Program-made: the position numbers and the translations under genes
NCBI GenBank assembly: GCA_040220235.1
Contig: JAVJTO010000101.1
Length of the DNA stretch: 64,000 nucleotides
Strand: one strand, 5' to 3'
Origin: Coleofasciculus sp. B1-GNL1-01
GTDB lineage: Bacteria > Cyanobacteriota > Cyanobacteriia > Cyanobacteriales > Coleofasciculaceae
The notes under the pieces: model-generated
What the model was told of the DNA's origin: nothing
What the model saw: the letters and a program-made list of their open reading frames with translations, nothing else
The model's database searches: none
In this document: positions 1 through 11,050 of the stretch, in pieces
Numbering within the stretch: the first letter of the stretch is position 1
Layout of the letters: each line of letters opens with the position of its first letter

Positions 1-136
1 CAATAGGCAATAGGCAATAGGCAATAGGCAATAGGCAATAGGCAATAGGCAATAGGCAATAGGCAATAGGCAATAGGCAATAGGCAATAGGCAATAGGCA
101 ATAGGCAATAGGCAATAGGCAATAGGCAATAGGCAA
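1..136. repeat. STRR heptamer array (CAATAGG)n, about 19 copies, cut by the window edge
   Basis: Perfect 7-bp tandem repeat read directly. Confidence 0.95.
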
Positions 137-423
137 CACCTCGGACTTCGGCGTGAGCGCGGCAACTGAGCCTGTCGAAGTTCAGGGTTTCCCTCCCATC
201 ATGCCTCAAACCCTTACTGTTGCCAAATGAGCTGTTGCCTATTCTCTCATCTCAACCGTTAACTTTAATTGTGTCCGACTACTTAGAACCCCCATTCGGC
301 ACTTGAAAATGTAATTCAGTAATTTTTTGAACTAATCCCACGTACAAATCTATAGCTACAGATAGAAGTAATTGTTTTTTAGTAATTGTAGGATAAAAAT
401 GATGGAAATTATCGGAGCAGGAT

Positions 424-1008
424 ATGAAAACTTTAACCACAGCCTTTGGCGTCATTTTATTAACATTAGGACTATCTCCCTTAAGTCAAGCAACGACACG
501 CGATCGCGACGATTTATCAACTCAACCTGTGCCTCAGTCTCATCCCGTTGAATATGCGATTAATATCCCTACCGAAGATAACGTTAATTATGACACCTAT
601 TACAACAACCGCTTTGAATATGTGGTTAGGTATCCGGAAGATCTCCTCAACCAACAACCGCCACCTCAAAATAATGATGGTCGTTCCTTTGTTTCGCCCC
701 AAGGCAGCATTAATATGACAGTCAGTGGTTCTCACAATGTTCCCCAGCGAAGTTTAAATGAAGTGTATCAAAATCAATTACAAGCCTATCAAGAAACGGG
801 TCGGGTGACTTATAAAACTCAGCAGGATAATTGGTTCGTCATTTCTGGGTATCAAGGTGGAGAGGTTTTTTACACCAAAACCTTTCTGTACAACAATGAC
901 ATTCTCGAATTAAGGCTAAACTACGATCGCTCTCTACAACCTGAATTTGATCCGATCGTTTCCCAGATTTCCAATTCATTTATGCCCGTTGGTGATTATC
1001 AGTGGTAG
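424..1008 (+). CDS. Secreted/periplasmic hypothetical protein
   Basis: 194 aa ORF with signal peptide (MKTLTTAFGVILLTLGLSPLSQA). Confidence 0.75.
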   Translation: MKTLTTAFGVILLTLGLSPLSQATTRDRDDLSTQPVPQSHPVEYAINIPTEDNVNYDTYYNNRFEYVVRYPEDLLNQQPPPQNNDGRSFVSPQGSINMTVSGSHNVPQRSLNEVYQNQLQAYQETGRVTYKTQQDNWFVISGYQGGEVFYTKTFLYNNDILELRLNYDRSLQPEFDPIVSQISNSFMPVGDYQW

Positions 1009-1099
1009 TTAACTGAAAAAGAAGGTGGGCAATAAAAATACGATAACATCAGCGTTTCCCAGCTTTATTACTCTTGCCCACCCTACATCTAGAATCATC

Positions 1100-1510
1100 T
1101 TACGCTTGACCAAAGGCTGACTTGACATTCGGGCGATTCAAATAGTAGATAATCACTGCCGAAATGACAATGCTAAAAATAGCACCCCCGACATTTTCTC
1201 CCATAAATACATTCACGACATTAACAAGAATGCTAATGGCTTGAAGGACGTATGTTAAAGTCCAAGCCCAGCCTTTGAGAGTAAACAGTCCAAAACTGAC
1301 AATCAACGCCAGGATACTCAAGACTAAAGAAATAATCGTAATGATGATCAGTGCCCCGCCAGCGCCTGCTGTCTGAGCATCACCGGATACAGCACCTCCA
1401 GCCGCTATTAACCCGCCAAAAAAGAGGGCAATAGCACTGAATAAAGTACCCAGCAAACCAGAAATCAGTTGCAGCACCGCAAGAATCGTAACACCTGTTG
1501 GACGGCTCAT
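1100..1510 (-). CDS. Small 4-TM membrane protein (RPTGVTILAVL family), copy 1
   Basis: 136 aa hydrophobic ORF, paralog of 2103-2537. Confidence 0.8.
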   Translation of the reverse strand: MSRPTGVTILAVLQLISGLLGTLFSAIALFFGGLIAAGGAVSGDAQTAGAGGALIIITIISLVLSILALIVSFGLFTLKGWAWTLTYVLQAISILVNVVNVFMGENVGGAIFSIVISAVIIYYLNRPNVKSAFGQA

Positions 1511-1832
1511 GGTTACTTCCTCTACATAATTGGGCGATCGCGAAAAGTTGGTTTAGTTAAGGATGTCTAGGATTAACTCTCCTTAAATCCATTTTTTTCT
1601 GCCTGCCAGTATACAACTAAGACTTAAGCCATGCAATCGGTAAAATTAAGGAAATTATGCCTAACTATTAAGGTGAAATTTATTGAAACTATGTTTTTTT
1701 GGGTAAAACTTAAGCAAGATTGACCAAGTTAGGCGTAAAATCTCAGAAAAAATCAGGTTATGGCTGAAAACGGCTCCCGAAAACAATAAATCTAATAAAA
1801 TTTTAAAGCAAGGATCAGCGCTAACTTTCGCC

Positions 1833-1892
1833 ATGGAGTCGCAATCGCAATTAACCTGGTATCAAATTAAACAAGCTGCTAACCAAGCCTGA
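1833..1892 (+). pseudogene. Truncated 5' stub (MESQSQLTWYQIKQAANQA*) of the AAA-like gene
   Basis: Matches MDSQSQPTWHQIKQTANQG at 2850; ends at the duplication junction. Confidence 0.8.
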
Positions 1893-2102
1893 TAATGATA
1901 TTCTTGAATTAAGGCTAAACTACGATCGCTCCCTGCAACCTGAATTTGATCCGATCGTTGCCCAGATTTCCAATTCATTTATGCCTGTTGGCGATTATCA
2001 GTGGTAGTTAACCGAAAAAGAAGGTGGGCAAGAGCAAAGATGATAGCCTCAGCGCTTCCTTGCTGTATCACTCTTGCCCACCCTACGTCTAAAAACACTT
2101 GA

Positions 2103-2537
2103 CTAGACTTTATTAAAGGCTAACTTAACATTCCGGCGATGCAAATAGTAAATAATCACCGCCGAAATAACAATACTAAAAATAGCAGCTCCGGCATTTT
2201 CTCCCATAAATACATACACCCCATTAACGATAATACTAATAACTTGAAGAACACGGGTTAATGTCCACGCCCAGCCTTTGAGGATAAACAGTCCAAAACT
2301 GGCAAATAACGCGAGTATACTCACGATTAAAGCAATAATCGGTAGGATGATCATCAGTAGTGCCATGCCAGTTACCTGAGCATCACTCGAACTATCACCG
2401 AACATAACCAAAATAGTCCAAAAACCCGTTGCCAATATCCCCCGCAAAAAGAGGGCAACAGAACTGACCATGACACCGAGCAAAGCACAAATCATTTGCA
2501 GCACGGCAAGAATGGTAACACCTGTTGGACGTGTCAT
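2103..2537 (-). CDS. Small 4-TM membrane protein, copy 2
   Basis: 144 aa, clear similarity to 1100-1510. Confidence 0.8.
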   Translation of the reverse strand: MTRPTGVTILAVLQMICALLGVMVSSVALFLRGILATGFWTILVMFGDSSSDAQVTGMALLMIILPIIALIVSILALFASFGLFILKGWAWTLTRVLQVISIIVNGVYVFMGENAGAAIFSIVISAVIIYYLHRRNVKLAFNKV

Positions 2538-2849
2538 AGTTACTCCTTTAATATAATTGTGCGATCGCGAAACATCGATTTCATTAAGGAGGTCTTAGAA
2601 TTGACGTTCCTTAACTCTATTTGTATGACTGTTATTATATGAATGAGGCTGAAAACCGTACAATTGGTAAACTTAAGGTAATTATGCTTAAAAATTGTGT
2701 TCGCTATATATGATGTTTTATGGAAAATTATGGAAATTGACTAAGTTTGGCGCAAAATCTCGGAAAAAGTCAGGTTATGACTCAACACGGCTGCCAAAAC
2801 AAATAAATTTGATAAAATTTCAGAGCAAGGAACAGCGCTAACTTTCGCC

Positions 2850-4178
2850 ATGGATTCCCAATCACAACCAACTTGGCATCAAATTAAACAAACGGCTAAC
2901 CAAGGCTTGTATCGCACAACGGGTAGCTACCTGAGTGATGTAGAAGAAAAAGTCTTGCACAGCGCTTGGGAGGGCTACAGTTATGAGCAAATTGCCGAAC
3001 AGCATAACTTCACCGTCAATTACATTCGAGGAGATGTCGGACCCCAGTTATGGCGTAAGCTGTCTGAGGTATTATCCGAGAAAGTTAGCAAAACCAATTT
3101 TCGGGAAGCCTTAACCCGAGAATACTTCAGAAAATCGCAACCTGTATCCTCATCGAAGATAGAATATCCCAATGGACCTGTACCCCTACGTTCTCAGTTC
3201 TATGTAGAACGCCCTCCCATTGAAACCGATTGTTATCAGACAATTTTGCAACCTGGGGCGCTGATTCGGATTAAAGCGCCGCGCAAGATGGGAAAAACTT
3301 CCCTCTTGGATAGAATTATTGAGTATGCTGAGACGCAAGATTATCGCACCGTCCGTTTAAATCTGCGACAAATTGAGCAGGCAAAATTTAGTGACTTGGA
3401 TAAGTTTCTGCGCTGTTTTTGTGCCTGTATTAGCGATAAATTAAACCCTGCGGCGGTGCTGTCTGATTATTGGAATGAAGACCGAGGCAGTATGCTCAGT
3501 TGTACTCGCTATTTTGAAATGCTTTTGGCACAAGCAGAGAGTCCCTTGGTTTTAGCCCTGGATGAAGTAGACCGAGTATTTCAATATCCCGATATTGCCA
3601 CGCACTTCTTCCCACTCATCCGCAGTTGGCATGAAGAAGCCAATAATCTCGAACTATGGGAACAACTACGCTTGGTGGTGGTTCATAGCACGGAAGATTA
3701 TGGCTCATTAGATATTAATCAATCTCCATTTAATGTTGGTTTACCTGTGCCATTAGCGGAATGGACGTCTCAACAAGTAGAAAATTTGGCACAGCGTCAT
3801 TCTCTGGATTGGAATTTGCAAATTGGTAGTGAAGGGCTTGTACCGTTACTGGCAAAGGTGGGCGGACATCCTTATTTAGTGCGATTGGCACTTTATAAAC
3901 TGGCAACTGAACAGATTACATTGGATGAGTTATTACAAGATGCGGCTACAGATGCGGGAATCTATAGTCAACATTTGCGTCACCACTTAGCCACGTTGAA
4001 AGAACATCCAGAACTAGCTAACGCCCTGGAAAAGGTGGTAAATGCAACTGAACCTGTGCCATTAGATACAATGCAGGCGTATAAGTTACATAGTATGGGG
4101 TTAATTGAACAGCAGGGGAATCAGGTTACACCCCGATGTCAATTGTATCGGCAGTATTTTCGAGAACATTTTAATTAG
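2850..4178 (+). CDS. N-terminal HTH + AAA_35-like P-loop ATPase
   Basis: Walker A APRKMGKTS, Walker B LALDEVD, SPFNVG motif. Confidence 0.85.
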   Translation: MDSQSQPTWHQIKQTANQGLYRTTGSYLSDVEEKVLHSAWEGYSYEQIAEQHNFTVNYIRGDVGPQLWRKLSEVLSEKVSKTNFREALTREYFRKSQPVSSSKIEYPNGPVPLRSQFYVERPPIETDCYQTILQPGALIRIKAPRKMGKTSLLDRIIEYAETQDYRTVRLNLRQIEQAKFSDLDKFLRCFCACISDKLNPAAVLSDYWNEDRGSMLSCTRYFEMLLAQAESPLVLALDEVDRVFQYPDIATHFFPLIRSWHEEANNLELWEQLRLVVVHSTEDYGSLDINQSPFNVGLPVPLAEWTSQQVENLAQRHSLDWNLQIGSEGLVPLLAKVGGHPYLVRLALYKLATEQITLDELLQDAATDAGIYSQHLRHHLATLKEHPELANALEKVVNATEPVPLDTMQAYKLHSMGLIEQQGNQVTPRCQLYRQYFREHFN

Positions 4179-4218
4179 TCATTTGTCATTTGTCATTTGT
4201 CACAAAATTTGCAATTTA

Positions 4219-4282
4219 GTCAGGGCGGGTTTCGTTACATCTGGGTGAAGGAAGAAACGATAGCAGTGAAACCCGCCCCTAC
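4219..4282. repeat. GTAG-type REP-like hairpin (GGGCGGGTTT...AAACCCGCCCCTAC); family also near 12227, 12300, 14913, 24541, 35722, 35793, 36023, 38058, 50241, 50671, 51312
   Basis: Recurrent imperfect inverted repeat with a terminal CTAC/GTAG. Confidence 0.85.
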
Positions 4283-4313
4283 ACAAGAATAAAAAAATAG
4301 CAGAATTTAGACT

Positions 4314-7300
4314 ATGAGTGTATTAACCAGAACAGAAAATTATTATAAAATTGGCGGCAGCTTAAAGTATCAACACCCCACCTATGTGAAACGCCAAGCT
4401 GATGATGAATTGTATGATGGATTGAAACAGGGGGAATATTGCTATGTGTTGAACTCGCGGCAGATGGGCAAGTCTAGCTTGCGCGTTCGGATGATGAAAA
4501 TTCTCAAAAGTGAAGGCATAAAATGTGCGTCGATTGATATGACACGGCTGGGAAGTCAAACGACGCCAGAGGCATGGTATCTGGGTATTGTTTCTGAGTT
4601 GGCGAGGAATTTTGGTCTATCGACTCGGTTTGATGATATTGCCTGGTGGAAGCAACATGACATATTATCACCGTTACAACGTTTGAATTGGTTTATCGAG
4701 GATGTGTTACTGACTCAGTTTGATCAAAATCTAGTTGTTTTTCTGGATGAAATCGATAGTATTATTAAACTCAATTTCAAGGACGACTTTTTTGCATTTA
4801 TTCGTGCCTGTTATAACCAACGCGCCGATAATCCAGATTATAATCGCCTCACGTTTTGTTTATTGGGAGTTGCCACGCCTTCCAATTTAATGGATGACAA
4901 GAAACGCACCCCCTTTAATATCGGGCGTTCAATTCAGCTTGGTGGTTTTCAATTTGAAGATGCTAAAGCCTCGTTAATTCCTGGATTTGCAGATAAAGTT
5001 GATGATCCGGAAACGGTGTTAAAAGAGGTATTAAACTGGACAGGCGGACAACCCTTTCTCACCCAGAAATTATGCTATCTGATTGGTAAGCATACTCAAA
5101 GCCGTACCCCCGATATTGCCAAAATTGTCCACACTCATATCCTGGAAAACTGGCAATCTCAGGATGAACCAGAGCATTTACGAACGATTCGCGATCGCCT
5201 GCTGAGTAATGAACAACGAGCAGAGCGTTTGCTGGGGCTGTATCAGCAACTTTTGCAACAGGGACAAGTGGCGGTAAATGATCATCCAGAACAGATGGAA
5301 TTACGCCTAAGTGGGTTAGTAGTTAAACAGCAGCAAACCTTAAGGGTTTATAATCGCATTTATCAGACTGTATTTAATCGGCAATGGGTGAATGAAAAAC
5401 TCGCCAACTTGCGACCCTATTCAGAAGCCATAACTGCCTGGTTTGCATCCAAGGGTCAGGATAATTCCCGACTGTTGCGGGGTCAAGCGTTACAGGAAGC
5501 AAGACAATGGGCGGCTAATCAATGCTTAAGTGATCAGGATTATCAATTTTTAGCCAAAAGTGAGCAATGGGAAAAATGGGAAGTTGAACGCGCTTTAGAT
5601 GCTGAAAAGAAAGAGCGCAAATTAGTCCTATTAGAGATGCAAATTGCTCAAGAGAAAATTAAACAGGCACAGGAGCAAGCACGACGGGAAAAATGCCAAA
5701 ATCGGCTTAAATTTGCCGTGACTTGGGCTTTGGTTCTTGCGGTTGCCACAGGGACTGGTTTTTATGTTCGTCAACAACTGAAACAGGCTTATACCGAATC
5801 CCTGGAAGAGCAAATAAAAAAAGCAGGGGATAGCGCTTTGCTTAAGTTTGAGTTGGGGCAACTTGAGGCATTATTGCAAGCCATGAAAGCGGGGCATACC
5901 TTAGCAACGTCATTTGGTGAGCGTCCCTTAGTCAACTATCCCACAACTCGTCCAGTGTTAGCGTTGCAGGAAATTCTAAACAATATTCAGGAACGGAATC
6001 AACTGCATCATCAAACCAGTGTGGAAAGCCTCGCCTTTAGCCGCGATGGACAAACCATTGTCACGGCTTCCCTGGATGGCATGATTCTTATGTGGAACCG
6101 ACAAGGAAAACCCATTGGACAATTGCCGGGACATCAAGCCAGAGTCACCAGTATTGCCATTAGTCAAGATGGACAACGCATTGCCAGCGCCTCAATTGAT
6201 GGTACGGTTCGCTTGTGGCATCGCCAAGGAAATGGAATGCAAGAATTGCCAAAACAGCAGGGTTGGGTGAGAAGCGTTGCCTTTAGTCCCGATGGACAGT
6301 TAATTGCCACGGCGTCATCGGATCACACGGCACGTTTGTGGGATATTCAGGGTAATTTGTTGCAAGAATTTACCGGGCATGAAGATGAAGTAACCCGTGT
6401 TGCTTTTAGTCCCAATGGCGAGTTGATTGCCACAGCGTCATCGGATCACACGGCGCGTTTGTGGGATATTCAGGGCAATTTGTTGCAGGAATTTAAAGGA
6501 CATCAGGGATGGGTGAGAAGCGTTGCCTTTAGTGCCGATGGAACCTTGATTGCTACGGCGTCATCGGATCACACGGCGCGTTTATGGGATATTCAGGGCA
6601 ATCTGTTGCAGGAATTCAAAGGACATCAAGGGCGAGTGACTCAGGTGATGTTTAGCCCTGATGGGCAGTTTTTGGGAACAGCTTCTATGGATGGTACGGC
6701 TCGCCTGTGGGATTGGCAAGGAAATGTGGTACAAAACTTAAAAGGGCATCAAGGTTTAGTGACAGATCTCGCCATGAGTCGGGATGGTCAAATTATTGCT
6801 ACAGCCACATCTGACGGCATTGCCCACCTATGGACGCGATCGCACAATCAGCCGTTGCAAGGACATCAAGATGGGGTTACCCATGTCACCTTTAGCCCCG
6901 ATGGGCAGGTGTTGGGGACAGCTTCATCTGATGGTACAGCTCGCCTCTGGAATCGGCAAGGGAAATCCATCCTGGAATTCAAGGGACATCAAGGGAGTGT
7001 CACATACATCACCTTTCGTCCAGATCAGCAAATGATCGCTACTGCCTCATCTGATGGTACTGTTCACTTATGGGACATCCAGGGTAAATTGCAAAGACGC
7101 TTACACAACCATTCCGGCAGCGTGGCACAAGTGGCATTTAGCCCCGATGGACAACTGATTGCCACGGCTTCTTCTGATGGTATTGCCCGCTTATGGGATA
7201 TTCAAGGGAATCTACTGCAAGACTTGATCGGACATCAAGGGCGGATAAGAAGCCTCGCCTTTAGTCCCGATGGCACGCAGATTGCCACCGCTTCATCGGA

Positions 7301-7802
7301 TCGCACGGTTCGCCTTTGGGACTTGCAAGGGAATCTGCGACAGGAATTGAAAGGACATCAGGGATGGGTTAAAAGTGTCGCTTTTAGTCCCGATGGAGAC
7401 TATATCGCTACGGCTTCCATTGATGGCATAGTTCGTCTCTGGAATACTGACGGGAACCTAGTCAAAGAACTCAACCAGCATCCCAGTGGAATAACCCATA
7501 TTGCCTTTAGTCCAGATGGAACCCAGATTGCCACCGCCTCATTCGAGGGTATCGCCCGTTTATGGGACTTACAGGGAAACCTAGTACAAGAAATTAAAGG
7601 ACATCAAGGTGCTGTGGTTAGCGTTACTTTTAGTCCCGATGGAACCCAAATTGCCACGGCTTCATCGGATGGCACCGCCCGGATTTGGCAGGTTGAAGGG
7701 TTAGGGGAATTGATCTCCAGAGGATGTACCTGGTTAAAAGATTATTTGGTGACTCATCCCGAAGCACGAGAGGAACTCCAGGTTTGTGATTTTAAGGAAT
7801 AG
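4314..7802 (+). CDS. AAA_35 ATPase + coiled coil + TM + WD40 repeat protein
   Basis: NSRQMGKSS Walker A, VFLDEID Walker B, TM segment, about 14 GH...WD repeats. Confidence 0.9.
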   Translation: MSVLTRTENYYKIGGSLKYQHPTYVKRQADDELYDGLKQGEYCYVLNSRQMGKSSLRVRMMKILKSEGIKCASIDMTRLGSQTTPEAWYLGIVSELARNFGLSTRFDDIAWWKQHDILSPLQRLNWFIEDVLLTQFDQNLVVFLDEIDSIIKLNFKDDFFAFIRACYNQRADNPDYNRLTFCLLGVATPSNLMDDKKRTPFNIGRSIQLGGFQFEDAKASLIPGFADKVDDPETVLKEVLNWTGGQPFLTQKLCYLIGKHTQSRTPDIAKIVHTHILENWQSQDEPEHLRTIRDRLLSNEQRAERLLGLYQQLLQQGQVAVNDHPEQMELRLSGLVVKQQQTLRVYNRIYQTVFNRQWVNEKLANLRPYSEAITAWFASKGQDNSRLLRGQALQEARQWAANQCLSDQDYQFLAKSEQWEKWEVERALDAEKKERKLVLLEMQIAQEKIKQAQEQARREKCQNRLKFAVTWALVLAVATGTGFYVRQQLKQAYTESLEEQIKKAGDSALLKFELGQLEALLQAMKAGHTLATSFGERPLVNYPTTRPVLALQEILNNIQERNQLHHQTSVESLAFSRDGQTIVTASLDGMILMWNRQGKPIGQLPGHQARVTSIAISQDGQRIASASIDGTVRLWHRQGNGMQELPKQQGWVRSVAFSPDGQLIATASSDHTARLWDIQGNLLQEFTGHEDEVTRVAFSPNGELIATASSDHTARLWDIQGNLLQEFKGHQGWVRSVAFSADGTLIATASSDHTARLWDIQGNLLQEFKGHQGRVTQVMFSPDGQFLGTASMDGTARLWDWQGNVVQNLKGHQGLVTDLAMSRDGQIIATATSDGIAHLWTRSHNQPLQGHQDGVTHVTFSPDGQVLGTASSDGTARLWNRQGKSILEFKGHQGSVTYITFRPDQQMIATASSDGTVHLWDIQGKLQRRLHNHSGSVAQVAFSPDGQLIATASSDGIARLWDIQGNLLQDLIGHQGRIRSLAFSPDGTQIATASSDRTVRLWDLQGNLRQELKGHQGWVKSVAFSPDGDYIATASIDGIVRLWNTDGNLVKELNQHPSGITHIAFSPDGTQIATASFEGIARLWDLQGNLVQEIKGHQGAVVSVTFSPDGTQIATASSDGTARIWQVEGLGELISRGCTWLKDYLVTHPEAREELQVCDFKE

Positions 7803-7829
7803 GGAATTATTAAAAACTGATATTAATTA

Positions 7830-8090
7830 GGGCTTGCTGAATAAGTCGGAGAAAAATAACTGATGGACTAATTAGGGCTTGCTGCCTAAGTGTGTAAGGT
7901 AGACTAGATAGGGGTTTCAAGCCATTTTTTGACCCAACAAGTGCTTTCGTTTTTACACTACCACTCTCTTGCATCCTGGAATTTTTGCCAACCTCAGCGC
8001 CGAATTCTCCCTCGAAAGAGGGTTGAAACCATTGCAAGAAAGCCTATTGCCTATTGCCTCTCCCCACCACAAGACTTATTCAGCAGACCC
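7830..8090. mobile_element. MITE with TIRs GGGCTTGCTGAATAAG / CTTATTCAGCAGACCC
   Basis: Terminal inverted repeats; related copy at 17058-17243 shares internal CCCAACAAGTGC; a lone end near 22895. Confidence 0.7.
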
Positions 8091-8968
8091 TAATTATCTA
8101 ACCACTGCTCCAATTCGTCCAAGGTTGTAAATGTCAAAATTGTCTCGACTAAACGGTCTAATTGTTGCAAAGATAATTGTTCTATTTTAGCCTGAAACTC
8201 TGGAGGAACAGTGCCAAACTTCTGCCGCAGTAGAAGTGAAACTAATTTTAAACTTTGCTCAAGTTTGGCAAAATTAATCTCGCCTTTCCTATCTACAATA
8301 AATAATTCCTGCTTGTGCAACTCCTCTAATTCTTTATTACTTAAGTTAGCACGACTGGCAATATTTAACGCTTCTCCTATTTCTGGTACTGCCGCCAGAG
8401 ACTCAGGAATTATGTCTAAACTTGGGGCGGCTTTGAGGAAATAAATCCACTTGTCGCTAAGGGTTTCTAATTCTGAGAGTTGTTTATTGAATTTGGGTAA
8501 CTCCAGAAAAATTAGTGTTAACTCGTCTCGATAGTTAAATAGCTGTTTTTCCTCTTTAAGTCGAAATCGGTTAATCATTTGTGTGCTATTCTTAAACAAT
8601 AAAAAATCCGTAATCGTTAAAGCGATGAATGGACGCAACGTTGTATATTTTTCTCCCATGTCTAATTGGTTAGCATACGCTTTTGCGGTGTTGTAGATTA
8701 CTCGTTTCTCAAAAGCTTCGACATTTAAGACTTGCATCTCTATGATTACCGTAGACCCATTATCTAAAACTGCCCTGACATCTAGATAGGTATCTTTAAG
8801 CGTGCTGGTACTGCCCGGATTATAGGGATCGATTATTTCTAAAGATTTTATAGTGTTTTTGCCTTCGTAAACGATGGCGTTGAGAAAGCTGATCAGAATT
8901 TTTTGGCTGCGATTTGAGCCGAAAATCTTCTTGAAAGCAAAGTCAGTTTTTGGACTAATAAATCTCAT
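8090..8968 (-). CDS. Rpn-family PD-(D/E)XK nuclease (PDDEXK_2) with DUF4351-like C-terminus
   Basis: MRFISPKTDFAFKKIFG start, LDV...IEMQV motif. Confidence 0.9.
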   Translation of the reverse strand: MRFISPKTDFAFKKIFGSNRSQKILISFLNAIVYEGKNTIKSLEIIDPYNPGSTSTLKDTYLDVRAVLDNGSTVIIEMQVLNVEAFEKRVIYNTAKAYANQLDMGEKYTTLRPFIALTITDFLLFKNSTQMINRFRLKEEKQLFNYRDELTLIFLELPKFNKQLSELETLSDKWIYFLKAAPSLDIIPESLAAVPEIGEALNIASRANLSNKELEELHKQELFIVDRKGEINFAKLEQSLKLVSLLLRQKFGTVPPEFQAKIEQLSLQQLDRLVETILTFTTLDELEQWLDN

Positions 8969-9300
8969 GGTTAGTTCTCTGGGTTTAAAATTAAGTTATG
9001 GGATTTCACAAGAAATGGCTACGATAAGCTTGTCAAGGTTTTACATTTGGTATAAATAGCGAGTTGCTTGGTCGCACTACAAGGATGAGAGCAAGTATTG
9101 ACAATTAGGTTTAAATGACAAACAGCTTCGTCCTCCTACGTTGATCATAAAGCGGCGGGGTAGTGATAGGCTATCCTACGTCTGCTGGGGCGTCGTCGCT
9201 GTGTCATCGAGGTTTTGACTGTTGCGATCGCGCTTAAACAGCTTGGTTGATTTGGCGTGTGTCGAATTATTATGATGGTAAAGACTTTAAGCAACGTGTT

Positions 9301-10134
9301 ATGGCAATCAAATACCGAATCGAGCAAAATCATCCGCCTCGTTCTCCTAGAGAAAGCTTGCCTACCATGTACGATTTACCGAGTGAAAATCCGGAGGAAC
9401 CTGGTTTGCCTGACGAATTTCATGATCTTCAACCCGAACTATTGCGCGTGACGTTTCATCCAGCTAACTACCCACCTGAGCAAATATTTTGCGGTAGTGA
9501 TATGAACCTTTACTACGATGCGCGTCACCATTATTGGTATAAACGACCCGATTGGTTTGGTGTGGTGGGCGTATCAAGACTTTATGATCAGGAGGATTTA
9601 CGGTTAAGTTATGTGATTTGGCAAGAAATGGTGCGTCCGACGGTGGTGGTGGAATTATTGTCACCAGGGACGGAAAAAGAAGATTTAGGTAGAAGTACAC
9701 GCCTGAGTAGTGAACCCCCGACAAAATGGGAAGTCTACGAACAAATTTTAAATGTCCCCTATTATGTGGTGTTTGACCGCTATACGGATCGATTAAGAGG
9801 GTTTGCACTTACGGCTGGTTTTTACCAAGAGTTGGAGTTAACCGAACCGAGGATTTGGATACCCCAACTGGAATTAGGTTTGGGATTGTGGTCGGGAGAG
9901 TACGAAGGGATTAATCGTCTATGGTTACGTTGGTACGATGCTGAAGGGAATTGGATTCTAACCCCAACTGAACGGGAAGCGATCGCCCAAGAACAACTGC
10001 AAGCTGAACGACAACGGACTGAAGCCGAACGACAACGGGCTGAAGCTGAACGACAACGGGCTGAAGCTGAACGAGTGCGATCGCAGCGTCTTGAAGAACT
10101 GTTGCGTTCCCACGGGATCGATCCAAATAGTTGA
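9301..10134 (+). CDS. Uma2-family (DUF820) endonuclease
   Basis: LPSENPEEPGLPD, RPDWF, VELLSPGT motifs; C-terminal AEAERQR repeats; ATG at 9301 chosen as the likely start. Confidence 0.9.
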   Translation: MAIKYRIEQNHPPRSPRESLPTMYDLPSENPEEPGLPDEFHDLQPELLRVTFHPANYPPEQIFCGSDMNLYYDARHHYWYKRPDWFGVVGVSRLYDQEDLRLSYVIWQEMVRPTVVVELLSPGTEKEDLGRSTRLSSEPPTKWEVYEQILNVPYYVVFDRYTDRLRGFALTAGFYQELELTEPRIWIPQLELGLGLWSGEYEGINRLWLRWYDAEGNWILTPTEREAIAQEQLQAERQRTEAERQRAEAERQRAEAERVRSQRLEELLRSHGIDPNS

Positions 10135-10281
10135 TCTCAACTCCAACCTTCCTGGTATATTCAAGCTAGATCCCCGACTTCTTCAAGAAGTCAGGGATCT
10201 GGGATATCTCATTGCATAAGTCTCTGACAGTGAGAGATACAACTCAGTATTAGATATCGATCTGCTGCTGTCAGGTGAACT

Positions 10282-10782
10282 ATGCATCCAACTAACGATC
10301 CTTCGGCGTATTCCTCAACCCACTCTCCTTGTACCTCTGTTCCCCTTGATTTGTTCAAAAGTGGACAGTTGCTGGCGATTAAACCTGACTGTCGGGGAGC
10401 CTTAATTATCCAAAAACGGTTTTATGCTGATTTTGTGGGTTCTGGGGCTGCGGTGGGCAGTAGTTTTGACGTTGATTGTACATCAGTGTATGCAATTGGG
10501 GAGGTTGAATTTTATGCGCCTACTACATACACTGAACGCCAGCAAGCATTTCAGAAACGCCGGGAATATTGCGAAACGTTACAATCGATTGTCGTCATAC
10601 CTGCTCCCCTCGATCGCGCCACCACAATCCTCCATCAATTGTCTCTCTGGTTGGACGTTAATGTGATTTCCGAAATTCCCTCGGCTTTGATTGCCCAGTT
10701 AGCCGGAGTGTTGACAAAGACTGTAATGATTATTCGCCAACAACGTCCAACTAATCCTGCGGAAAGATTAAATATTCATTAA
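10282..10782 (+). CDS. Cyanobacterial hypothetical protein, possibly a degenerate Crp-like regulator
   Basis: 166 aa ORF; C-terminal IAQLAGV...TV HTH-like segment. Confidence 0.55.
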   Translation: MHPTNDPSAYSSTHSPCTSVPLDLFKSGQLLAIKPDCRGALIIQKRFYADFVGSGAAVGSSFDVDCTSVYAIGEVEFYAPTTYTERQQAFQKRREYCETLQSIVVIPAPLDRATTILHQLSLWLDVNVISEIPSALIAQLAGVLTKTVMIIRQQRPTNPAERLNIH

Positions 10783-11050
10783 ATTTCTCAGCCAGATTAT
10801 TTAATTTAACCCGAAAGTATGAGGTAGATTGATCCATTCCAAGTGATCATGGCATCGTTACCGTAGTTTGGGAGTTTCGCGATGCCTGGATTCTCTGTAA
10901 GTTATACCGTCTCCGAATTAATTTCTCTAATTTTTTGTGCTGTTGTTGGCACGGGAATAATATTTATGGGATACTTTTTGGCATTATCTGTCGTCTAAGG
11001 GAACAATCTCACCCATTCCGGTGGGATGGTGTTGTTCTCAAGGGTTAACT

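Larger units (their letters stand above)
895..2910. repeat. Diverged ~1 kb tandem duplication (about 895-1892 and 1894-2910)
   Basis: The 3' end of the 424-1008 gene recurs at 1894-2008, the membrane gene is duplicated, and the start of the AAA gene recurs at 1833-1892. Confidence 0.9.

Noticed and set aside
1..136. Heptamer arrays as CRISPR or telomere-like repeats
   Set aside because: No spacers; ordinary cyanobacterial STRR
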